Of a stretch of DNA of 64,000 bases, positions 46,431-58,600 are shown one piece after another. Under the pieces are notes generated by a model that saw nothing but the letters and a program-made list of their open reading frames with translations, was not told the origin of the DNA and made no database searches. Position 1 is the first letter of the stretch; each line of letters begins with the position of its first letter. This DNA comes from Macrostomum hystrix (lineage: Eukaryota > Animalia > Platyhelminthes), in contig CATNEN010000007.1 in NCBI GenBank assembly GCA_950097015.1, positions 9,362,001 through 9,426,000 of the forward strand, given 5' to 3'. The position numbers and the translations under genes were made by a program.

Positions 46431-48697
46431 AACTGTCACAAAATAAGCCTGATCCCACAGCAAAAAGATAAATATTTAGATAGATATACCTCCCTGTCTG
46501 AAACAAGTATGACAGAAATTTTTTATGTTTTAATTTTGTATGTACCAGTAATCACTGATTCAATATTCGATTTGATTCAAATGCTTACTCTCACAAAACA
46601 ACTGCGAATTTGACTAAATTGGTGATGACTACAAGTTTAGCGCCATCCGCTGAAACCTAAATTCAGTAATCACCCTCATTCAGCAAACTATTCCCTGATT
46701 GTCCCCTCATTCAGCCAATAATGCCCAATTTTATAATCCTGTCATTTAGACATATCCCTTAATTAAGCAACTAATTATTTCATCAAAAGATTATTATCCC
46801 CTTGTTAAGCCCGTCTAATCCTATTTCTGGTGGAGATAAGCTCAATAAATTGCACGCCCAGAGCGTACCCTAGCATTATGATTTGTAGAGTGCGTCCAGA
46901 GGTTTCTCTAGCGTCCTAGTCTTGCACCTTCCAATGAACTACGTCTGCATCGCTCTCAGGTCGTGAGATGCGAAGGGCGCGGTGATCAGAACACCCTAGC
47001 GCATACCCCACTCCATCCGCAAATCGATGAATTGCACAGCAGTCTAGTGGTTCCTGCGTCGAATCGTGATACTGCTGTCAATTTTTTTGCTGACCGCTAT
47101 ATATATCTATGACGTTTCTTGCTTGGCAATCCGCAAATTACTGGTTTAAACAAAATGAAACGGTTATGTCTTCGCTTCGTGATTTTTAAGCCATATGCTT
47201 AATTTTTATTTACTTTTATATATACTATTTTCATTCTAAACAAGTATTTATTCCTACATTTATTGTATTTTTTTGCTTAATACGTTACACAGTAACGCTT
47301 AAACATAGATTTCTGGCACCTTTTAACTTTGATAAGTATGCTTGTTTAACGCAAAGATTGGCGCATATATGTCATAATCGTTGTGTTTTGCAAGTTGAGC
47401 TAGGGGCATATTCACAATTCCCCTTTACTTATATTCATAAAATACCTTACTTTGCCTTACTTACTTTATCGTACGAACCAACATTTTCTACCTATTTTGG
47501 TAGTTCCAAAAATATAAATTTTAATAAAACCGCATAATTACACGACTGCATAGATTTTTCAGTTAGATTTAGAATAAACTTCTTACACCATTGATCTATT
47601 TATAAGACAGAAATTTATGTCTCATTTCATGATTTTGTACCTTGGAGTTCGCGTCGATGAAAATAATATAACGGACGTACCACTAATCCATACTAATATC
47701 TCTATTTAGTTAAATGATGAAATTATACGAGCTATATGTACATATATATGTTTTTAGTTATATTTAACATGTCAGTTATTTTTTAGAAGTGAATTTGTTT
47801 TCGGTATCATAACAATATTTTGGCCATTGGGTTCAAGTAATAATATCTTATTACTAATTAAATATCAAACAAGAACGAACTACAGTTGTCTTAAATTGAT
47901 TGGTAAAGTTAGTCAAAACATCAGAAAAAAATAATAGGAACAACTGCTCGTTAATTTCTAAAATTTAGCTATCTGATCCTCCGCTAATAAGAAAATGACA
48001 TAAACAAGCCTATAAAAATGGGACCGAAAATTCTAAATATGCGGCAGATTAAATTTGCATTTGCTCTTTTAGACCGCATGGATAAAAATTTAGTTTGCAA
48101 TACTTTGTATATTTTCCATTTTGTCCTTGTTTTTGTGTAGCTGAGCTGAAATTCAAGTTGGTTTTCATGAATCCATTGTGCCCGAGGAATGTGATAAGCC
48201 ATAAATTTCACTGAAGGAAACCAGAAGCAATTTTAATCGAATAATTTAAATATAGTCAACTAAGCTCTCAATTTAATAGATTATAATTTTCAAAACTATA
48301 GCTTTATTGATAAAAAAGCAAGAACAAATGAAGCATTTTCCTTGAACCTTGACTGAAATTCAATGTATTTCATAGGCTCCAAATTTTACGATTGCGTTAA
48401 AATTCACAACGCCAGATTCCCTGGATCCTAAAAGCACTGCGGAATAAGATCTTTGCGTTGGAACAAGCATTCGCCAGAGTGAACCATGACCTAAATATAT
48501 CGTCATTGTGAGACAAATATTTAGGCTTGTGAAAGCTTTAGTGCTGAAGTCTGAAGCAAAATCTAGCTTTCGACATTGTGACAAAAGAAGTTGACGAAAG
48601 AACTCCGCTTGTTGCAGAAATAATATCAGAGAATTATTTCTTCATTTTTATTATTGAATCGACTTTTACCGGAAACTGGCTGTCAGCCTTCAGCTCA

Positions 48698-49580
48698 ATG
48701 GGCGACCAGGAGGACATCGACTTGCCCGGCTACCGCCAGCACATCCGGGTGCAGCCGGTTGGGCCAGACTTCGTGGATCAGTCCGGACCGGACAGGTGAG
48801 GGGGCCGGACTGTCACGCCTGTTGAGTTCCTGTAGTGTGATTGGTGTCTTAGCTTGTTGGCTAGTGGGCCTGGTTGGCAGTCTCATTGGTTGCTATGCAG
48901 ATTGTATCTCTGGCCCATGATTTTTTCATGTATTTGTCTCCTTCACTCCTTGCATTGACGTTCAGAATTAAAAGAAGGCTCGACTTGCTATTTTTTCACG
49001 CATTCATTTCCCCATTGCATACAAATCCACTCGTGGCTTTTGGCTCTGCTAATAAAGTGCCACTGCACTCAGTGCACTCAACGCGTGCTTTAGGGTTGCC
49101 AATGAGCGACTCAATGCCGGTTGCTAAGCGTGGGAAAACCAACAATTATTAGTCCTACTGTGGACACCCCATCACCCTATTCAGACTAGGCAGAAAAGGC
49201 AGCCGTGCGTTGTGGTGTGGAGCAAAAACCCATCAGCAAGTCTGGCCCTGAATCAGAGTAACTGAAAAAATCCTCCGAAACCCAGGTCCGACATGGATGC
49301 CGACGATGCCGCCGCCTCCGCCGATCGAAGCGACCGGAAGCGCGACAGGAAGCACCGGCACAAGAAGCATCGGCATCGGAGTCGACGGAGCCGCGACTTT
49401 GTGGATGACGAGGCCGTTGCCGGAGCCTCAGCCGACGTTGCTGACGTGAATGAAGCCGACACTGTCAGGCTGAGGTCGGCAGCCGCCGACAATGCGGCTT
49501 TCAGCGACCCGTCGACCAAAAAATCTGAAGCTGGAGCCTCAGCAAGCGACGGGCGTCGCTTATTGTCCCACAATCCCAGT

Positions 49581-49620
<40 letters not shown>

Positions 49621-52600
49621 TGCAGATTGGAGCCACAGTGGCGCCCAGCCCGCTGCCCTCTGCCCCGATGACGAGCCGAAGCAATCGGGTAAGTCGGGCC
49701 TGCAAGACCACCGAGCTGGCCGGCAGCTACTGGGCAAACTTTTCATTTTGCATCCATGGCTTTTCTCCAAAGTTAGTGTCCCGCCATTGAGTACTTACAG
49801 CAGCAGGCACAAACCATTCAGATATTACATTCATTACATTTTAAATGAAAGTTAATCATTTGAATTCGCGCCAAATGATCGGCAATGCAGTAGATTTCGG
49901 CTTGTCTCCATGGCAACTGAGAGAATTGCAGTCGTTCTGCTTGTACTTTCAAATTTCGCATCTAAGTACTGATCGCTCATGCTTTCTTTTTGATTCTGTT
50001 TCCCTGCACCTGTCCATCAGCGAGTCGTACAGCTGTGCGAACCTCCCTTCTCCGCGAGTACTCGCCGAACTGACTGGACAGTCCGCACAGAGTGCGCAGC
50101 CGCTGTTCGCAATGCTAGGCAGTCACTAGGGGAGACGGCAGGGCCAGGATTTGGCCAAAAAGGAAAGGGATATGAAGACTCGCGTGCATTTATAAACCGC
50201 TCACCTCCCCGCCTACCTTGGACACTCCTGTCCACGTTCCGTTTCTTTGTGTATTGGCCTGAGCGTCGATTCATTCTACGAACCTTTTCCTTTAATTTTT
50301 TTGCCCTCTCTTAAGTTTGCCCAAGCCGATTCTTTTCTTATTTTGGTCTTCCACTCTAGAGTCGTTCAATAGCAAAAACTCACTCTCAGTTCACTCTCAG
50401 TTCACTCTCAGTTCACTCTCAGCTCACTCTCAGTTCACTCTCAATTCACTCTCAATTCACTCTCAGTTCACTCTCAGCTCACTCTCAGCTCACTCTCAGC
50501 TCACTCTCAGCTCACTCTCAGCTCACTCTCAGCTCACTCTCAATTCACTCACAATTCACTCTCAGTTCACTCTCAGTTCACTCTCAGCTCACTCTCAGTT
50601 CACTCTCAGTTCACTCTCAGCTCACTCTCAGCTCACTCTCAGCTCACTCTCAATTCACTCTCAATTCACCCTCAGCTCACTCTCAGCTCACTCTCAGTTC
50701 ACTCTCAGTTCACTCTCAGTTCAGTCACTTCACTCTCAGGTCACTCCTAGCTCGCTTCAGTGAATGACCTTGGCCAGCATTGACGAACTGGACTACGATG
50801 GCCTCTCCTTGCAGGGCGAGCCGCAGCTGCAGCTGCAGCAGACGGTGGATGAATTCGTCAGGCAGAACATCAGCATGCGGATCTGCGGAAAGTACATCCC
50901 CAACACGGCCGAGTAAGTTCACTTTCCTAATTGCGCCCAACTGATATGCAGCTGAAAGTTTATTAATATGCCATCTCGATTGTGATAGTGCTCACTTTGA
51001 GCAGCTGGAGCATAAAATGTACTCACATCAGCGAATGAAAAGCATTCCCCCACCGAATATCGATTGCAGAGTCACTCCGAACTCCAGGTGAGTAGCAGCT
51101 AACAATGCAAATCAGCAATAGCCTTGTCTCAGAATGCTGCAACTGCCTGAACCTCAGTGCAGCTGCTGCAGCATCTATTTGGGAGGTGGGGCGGGTGACC
51201 AGGGCGGGGTTGGAAGTTATAAACAGCTCTGTGAGCTCACTAGCCTTCTCCAGTGCTCGTGGGAACCCGCAGTGAGCCTGGGAACCCCTGTTCTCAAATT
51301 GCCGAGCGCTGTGCTCAAGGAATTCCTAGTTTCTAAAATAAATACCGAATCATTCCAGTACCCCTGTGAGATTCCATGACCCTTTAGTGAATGCTAGTTT
51401 TAGAAGTCCCGGATCCAGCCTTGCTGCCTTACTCATTATTTGATATTTAATGAGAAATCAGTAATTTTGTGCTCAAATGAGCTCCATGGCTGAAATGATT
51501 AGCTCATTAAATTAGACACTCATTATCGCTAATTGTGTTGCGCCTCCTACCGGATTAGGAGCAGAAATATTCAAGTGCACAATTACCGGACTCAGTGTTT
51601 TAAATGTGTCATCATCGCAATAAATTGCTTCAGAAGTGCAGCCGTGGCTTATCCTCGTTCGTAACGCAATAAAACTAAAACTCGCGACTGATTAGCAGTG
51701 TGAAAGAGAAGCGCACTTTTTAATTGTTCGTCGTGATTTTGTTTAAATGTGTATCAGATGCGCGTCATTTTTGTTCCGCAGTATGTTCGGAAATGGCGGT
51801 GCCTGTTCTGAAATTTTATCCGATTCCGGACTTCAGCCTGCTCAAAAAACTCAAAGCTGTGGATAATTTTATGGCTTAAAATAGATTTTATATTAATTTA
51901 ACTCCCTGATGAATAATAATAATAATAATTGCAGGAGGGCTGCGGGCAATGACACATCATTTAGTGGCATTAGACCCGCAGCCAGCGAGGAGGCAATTCT
52001 GCCCATTTCGCTGGCTCCTGAGCACACACGCACACAGATACCGTACGCAGGCAAACGCTCACACAGGCGTGTACATTCGCCCTGACTTTCTCATCGTCAG
52101 GCAGTGTACATTTCACTGTGCCTTGGAAGTTGGCCCTCAAGGGCGTAAATTGCACGACAAGCCCTCCAAGCCTTCTCTCCGCGGCTGCGCCCCAAATAAA
52201 TGTGGCCTCGCCGTGGAATCGAACTTAGGGACCGTGGTGCGAGAGGCAAACGCGATAACCGCTCTGCCACAGACCCCCTAACTCCCTGATGAGGTAACAT
52301 GATTATTTTATCTCTGGTTGCTGGGGACAATAACACGTTGCTAAGGAGAGTATTACAGCCTCACTCACTGTGGGGCTGTAATTAAGCCATTCGATAACTG
52401 CTTTAGTGCCAAAGCCCCATCGCGACAGTCGTGCAAGGTGACGCGGTACCCCGAACCCGCCCTCAGCGCCTCAATTTGTCACTGCAACCGGCCGCCCCAG
52501 TGGCACCGGGACCAGGGCATCCCGGTGGACCTGACGCCGACGCCGCAGCAGCAGCCGAAGGAGAAGTGGCGCACAGAGAGCTGCGCCCGGGTGGTGCCCA

Positions 52601-55600
52601 CCAACGCCTGCGGCCGCATGAAGCTGCAGGGCTTCGGCCGGCTCGGCATCAGGCACAAGCCGCACGTGAGTAGGGCCAGCCATTCACTTGACATGGGCAT
52701 CCAGATGTGCCTTTCTTGTCAAAAAGCAACTTTCAGCTCGAGGACAGTGGGAAAGCCGTAGTAGGGGAGTTTTGTGTCAGTGGCTTCAGTTAGTTGCTGC
52801 ATAGAATAAGAGCACGATTGCTCTCTATTGACAGGTTCGGAGGATTGTGTTCTGTTCTACGAGTAGTTTTAGTGGATCGAGAGTCCGATTTACGACTTGA
52901 AAGTCCGGGGTTCGATTCCCGGATTCAATATAACAATTTATGTCCATGTGTCCAGAGCAAGAAACTTAACTCTGCATTGCTTTAGTTTAGGAAGGTGGAC
53001 TTGAGGCTGGACTGAACAGCGGTACGCAGGGGCAGGTGGAGTCAATTGAAATGATTAGTTTTTTAGAAGTGAATATGCCGTACTTATGGAGACCTAAACT
53101 CGTTAGCTTTTCAAATAACCTTATGAAACCGATTTGAGTTATAAAAATTATTAGAGAATTTGGTCTTTGGGCATCCGACTCCACTCCCCTTCACAACTGC
53201 TCTGCAGTACATTCGCATCGACTCTGAGACCCGCGACTTTGACGCCCTGTGGGAGCTGATGACGAGCCCGAAGTACTGGGCAATGCCGCTGCCTGACCTC
53301 GTGCTATCCGTGAGCGGCGGCGCCAAGAAGATGGAGAAAATGTCTGCCAAGCTGCTCAAGAAGGTCAAGCTGGGACTCACCAACGTGGCCAGCGGAGTCA
53401 AGAGTGAGTTGCTGGCTGGGCTGGGCTGACCCTAAACACATTGGAGTCTAGAACTTTAGTACTTATTTGTCACGAGTGTCTAGTCTTGTAAGTCCCGAGT
53501 GTCTAGACTTATGAGTCACGAGTGTCTAGTCTTGTGAGTCACGAGTGTCTAGTCTTGTAAGTCCCGAGTATCTAGACTTATGAGTCACGAGTGTCTAGTC
53601 TTGTGAGTCACGAGTGTCTAGTGAGTCACGAGTGTCTAGTGAGCCACGAGTGTCTAGTCTAGTGAGTCACGAGTGTCTAGTGAGCCACAAGTGTCTAGTC
53701 TAGTGAGTCACGAGTGTCTAGTGAGCCATGAGTGTCTAGTCTTGTGAGTCACGAGTGTCTAGTCTAGTGAGTCACGAGTGTCTAGTCTAGTGAGTCACGA
53801 GTGTCTAGTCTAGTGAGTCACGAGTGTCTAGTGAGTCACGAGTGTCTAGTGAGTCACGAGTGTCTAGTGAGCCATGAGTGTCTAGTCTTGTGAGTCACGA
53901 GTGTCTAGTCTAGTGAGTCACGAGTGTCTAGTCTAGTGAGTCACGAGTGTCTAGTGAGTCACGAGTGTCTAGTGAGTCACGAGTGTCTAGTGAGTCACGA
54001 GTGTCTAGTGAGTCACGAGTGTCTAGTGAGTCACGAGTGTCTAGTGAGTCACGAGTGTCTAGTGAGTCACGAGTGTCTAGTGAGTCACGAGTGTCTAGTG
54101 AGTCACGAGTGTCTAGTGAGTCACGAGTGTCTAGTGAGTCACGAGTGTCTAGTGAGTCACGAGTGTCTAGTGAGTCACGATTGTCTAGTGAGTCACGAGA
54201 GTGACAACCGCCCTGGCATTTCGCAGCCGCGTGGATCCTGACCCCCGGCTTCAACCTGGGCTGCAGCCAGCTGGTCGGGCAGGCCATCCAGGAGTACAAC
54301 TTCGCTGGCGGTGGCCAGCAGATCTGGGTGATAGGAGTGTGCTCATGGGGCGCCGTGTACAACAGGGAGTGCCTGGAGATCACAGGAGCCAACGTGAGTC
54401 CATAAAAATGGCGGTAGGGAATGCCGATTATGGAATAAACGTGTGTAGTAAAAAGTGCAATTGTTTTCATTGTTACTGCATAATGCACTGAAAAATGTGA
54501 GTCCAAGAAGCTGACACCTAAAAGCGTATTCTTAGTCGGACTGAGGTGCTTGGGTGAAAGTGGTTGCTCAAAACTGATGCTTTCTGTTCTTAAACCCGCG
54601 CTTTTAGACTGCGAGCTACTCCTCCTACAAAGTAAGCCTTGTACTCTTACTGATGCAGCATCTGTGTTGTGCGCCATTCTTTAGCATGCTGAGTTTCACC
54701 GCGTGTATTTATTTTAACTACCGATAGCTTTAAGGGATGCAAATATCAAAAGGGATTGTTTCTATCTATTTATTAAAAGGCCGTCGATTTCTCCGTGAGA
54801 TATGAAAGCGATCTCGTGAGAAATTCTTATGAGCATTAAATTTCTAAACCTACGTGCGAAAACGGCCTTTTTTGTTTATGGCCCAATCGGGAAATTTGTC
54901 TTAACTGACATAAGAAAATGTATAGACAAAATATCTGTAATATGACCCCTGAGAGAATGTTTTGAGGAGATGATGTAACCCTTGATTTCCTCACGGACTC
55001 ACGGATCGCAAGTGGTACATCCCACTTCTAGTGGTCATTAGAAGGAGCGTATTGTGACGATCTCGGTGTGGACCCAGGCGAAATAAATAACGACAAAGCT
55101 CGGCGAAGATTTGTGTAGCGATAGCACTTAGACAATGACGGTAGTCACAGGCGATGACGAGTATTATTATTGAATTATTGAAGTAGGGTTGAATCCCTTC
55201 TTGCACTGCGGCGGGCAACAGTTATGAAGTGAGGATAACAGAGGCTGAGATGCCGGTGGCTAAGGAGTGGCGTGATCGCATGGCAGTGCACTTCTGAGAC
55301 TAGATGGCTAGGTGGCGTGGTACAATGGATTCAGGGCACTTAAAAACTCACTACGCTAAGGAGTGGCGCGGCGGAAGTGGAGCGGTGCGGCGGAAGGAGG
55401 GAGGGAGGGATGGAAGGTGGTCCCGAGCCCGAGCCATCAGCCAGACGAACAGATAAGGAGCGGGCTGGGGGTGGGCGCACAAAACAGAAGCTTAATTTTG
55501 ACCCGGCATAATTTATGCCTGGCCTTACAATTGGCTCGCGCAAAAATGCTAACTAAAAAGAAATTAATGATCGCAGAGTACATAAATCTTCCGGTCGCAT

Positions 55601-58600
55601 TGCACAAATTGAGATGGTTTCGAACTCAAACGTTTGCTTAAAGTAGCCAATTAAACATTTTAACAATTGGCGGGAATGAATATTAAATTGACAAAATTCC
55701 AACATGAGTTAAAATGGCCCTAGTCAGATCCACATTCAATGACAACGTCACAGTATATTGAAGAAGTGTCTTGCGCGGCCGCCCCCCCTTCGGCCCGCGG
55801 GGGCAATGTACGCAAAGGGCAAGCCAAGACGCTTCTTAATTTATTACCTTATCTCATTCCCTGTCCCCCAAGTCCAACGTACATAGACCAAAGACCAAGT
55901 CCAAGACCATTGGTCATATATTACTTTTCAAGCTTTCATTATAATCGTGCGTGCGTTCTGATTTTTTAAACCTTTTAAATCGTCTGGGCCCTACCCTACC
56001 GGCCCTTGAAATTGGCCCAGGAATGATGGGCGAAAACCGCGAAACAGAGCGCGCTCCACCTGGCGGCCGCTCCCTTCGACCCGCGGGGCAATGTACGCAA
56101 AGGGCAATGTACGCAAAGGGCCATGTACGCAAAGGGCAATGTACGCAAAGGGCAATGTACGCAAAGGGCAATGTACGCAAAGGGCAATGTACGCAAAGGG
56201 TTAGTACGCAATGTAAGGGTTATGTAAATGTAAGGGTTATGTAAATGTAAGGGTTAGTACGCAAAGGGTAATGTACGCAAAATGTACGCAATGTACGCAA
56301 AGACCGCCCCCCCCTAAAACCAGGCAAAACCTGGTTGCGCCACTGGTGTCTTGTACTCGTACGAATGATAGAGTGCAGAATTTCCGATAGCTTTGTTGCT
56401 GATTTATCTTGATTTATAAGTTCTAGTTCTAACGAATGCGAGCTTTGTTTTGCACCAGACTTTGAGTAGATTGTTTGATTATTTTTATTTTTTTGCACGA
56501 AAGGTCACCGAAATCGAGTTCAGTTAGCAGCTGAGAAGGTTTTCAGATCTGTCGCAAGCTCACAGCTCACAGAATTTTTTTTTGAAAATTCTAAAATATC
56601 CATGAGTTGTTTCGCCACAAATTGCTTATGCACTTACTTTTATGCATCCCACTTTGATTTTTACCTTGAATTGATCATTCTAAGCAAAAAAAATTTTAAA
56701 AATAAATCTCGTTGTAAGATCTCTGGAGTGCACGTGGCAACAAACCAGGTGGGCCCTCATTTCACTCGTGTCGGCTTCCTTCAACCGAAGCTACAGGGAA
56801 ATGCTTAATTTCACCCGGTGGGATTTGGACGCCAGAAACTATGCGTTGACAGCCCAGGGACCCTCATTCGTGTACGAATGTGCTTTTGGTTGCACCTTGA
56901 TTTAATTTTAAGCTAGCGGAACTGACGAAAAGTACTTGAAATTAAAATTCGCCACGCTTGATTTTCATTCTACAACATACCAAAACTGCGTCTGGAAATC
57001 TTGTCTCTAGCCACAGAGCAGAGCGGAGAAGATGGACACAGTCGAGTACGCGAACTGCGCTGAAAACCCAGGTCGAGGCCAGGCTGCCATCGAGCCGAAC
57101 CACACGCACTTCATCTTCTGCGACAACGGCACTCTGCGCTACTTTGGCACCGAGATCGACTTCCGTGCCGAGTTTGAGCAGTACGTTGTCACCAAGCTTA
57201 AATCGCTGGTCAGCGATGTGAAGGACGCGTTCAACCCGCCTGTTGTCCAGCTCGTCATCGAGGGAGGAAAGAAGGCCGTGCTCATGGCGGGTGAGTCGGT
57301 ATTATAATGACCGCATTGAACAGAAAACCGTAAACCACTGACTACTAAAGTAGTCTAACTATCTAGCTAACTATCTAGCTAACTAACTGGCGAACTAACT
57401 GGCGAACTAACTACTAGTGGTGCTTGTCAAAAACCAAAACTCTAAACTGTGAAAAGTTTAAGCGCCGCTTCGCACCGCAGGCAAGGGCGCGGAGGCGGGT
57501 ACCCCGGTGATCACGGTGCAGGGCTCCGGCAGAGCGGCCAACGAGCTGGCCTTCTTCCGCAACATCCGCAGCCTCCACCGAGGCGCTGATGATGAATTTG
57601 TGTGCCGAAAAATCAAGGAGATGCTGGAGCATTACGATTCCCAGTGGCACTGCAACGAAGCCGAGTCGGCGGAGATCACTCAAGTGAGACAAGAGCCCTG
57701 GATACTCCGAGCTTATATTCCGTTTCTGTTTTTGCTACTTCTTGCCATAAAAAAAGTTTTTTTCAGTTTGGCATGAAAAAAAGTATTTTGCTTTGCTCGT
57801 ATTTGCTCATGTCTGAACATATTTGCGTAGTGTAATGATAATAGCAATCACAGAAAAATAAAATCACTGCTCTCAGATGCTGCTGCAGTTCTCCAAAGAA
57901 GACCCAGCTGCCAAGTTCGACAGCAGCATGCTGTCCGTGTACAACCCTGAGCTGGACGAGGACATGGCCAAGACCATCCTGTACACATTCTTTAAGCACA
58001 AAGACTACAAGAACAGCACAATGACGCAGGTGAGAGTACAAGGCCTTCTTCTCGTGTTGCTAATAGACTGTCGTCAAAACTTTTTCTGAGAGATGTACTA
58101 TAACGAAAGTCAGCAATTTTCAATGGTAAAGTTTCTTTTCCATCACGGATCGTCAGAGTCAATCCAATATGCGACAACAAGCACTTTGAACACCGCAATC
58201 ACATCGAATCCAGGTGCGCCTGTGCATGGCCTGGCATCGGGCGGACATCGCCGCAGCCGAGATATTCGCCGAGGCGCGCAAGTCCAAGTGGAAGGACATG
58301 AACCTGCAGCGCGCCATGAAAGAGGCTCTCAACAAGCAGCAGGGGGACTTTGTCAAGCTGTTCCTGGAGCACGGCATCGACCTGTCCAAGTTTCTCTCCA
58401 TGGAGACGCTGGCCGAGCTCTACGCGAAGGTTGGCTTGCGTCGCACCTTGCGTTGCGCCGTACAGTGCTTGGAAAGAGTGATTTTCAGAATAATTTTGTG
58501 CAATCTTTGCAGATGTTTCGCTCAGGAACTCAGCAGGCGGACCGGCTGCTGCACAAGCTGCAAAGGCTCACAGTAAGCCTCAAATACTGTCATGAACTGA

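Noticed and set aside
51980-51993. GCCTCCTCGCTGGC in the SINE (minus strand), matching the HDV ribozyme P3/L3
   Set aside because: No upstream P1 partner, no P1.1 GG and no proper J4/2-P2. The segment is better explained by a simple hairpin with GCCAGCGA.
52205-52278. tRNA gene
   Set aside because: It is a SINE head, continuous with a repeated body, (ATT)n tail and TSD. The same holds for about 11990-12063.
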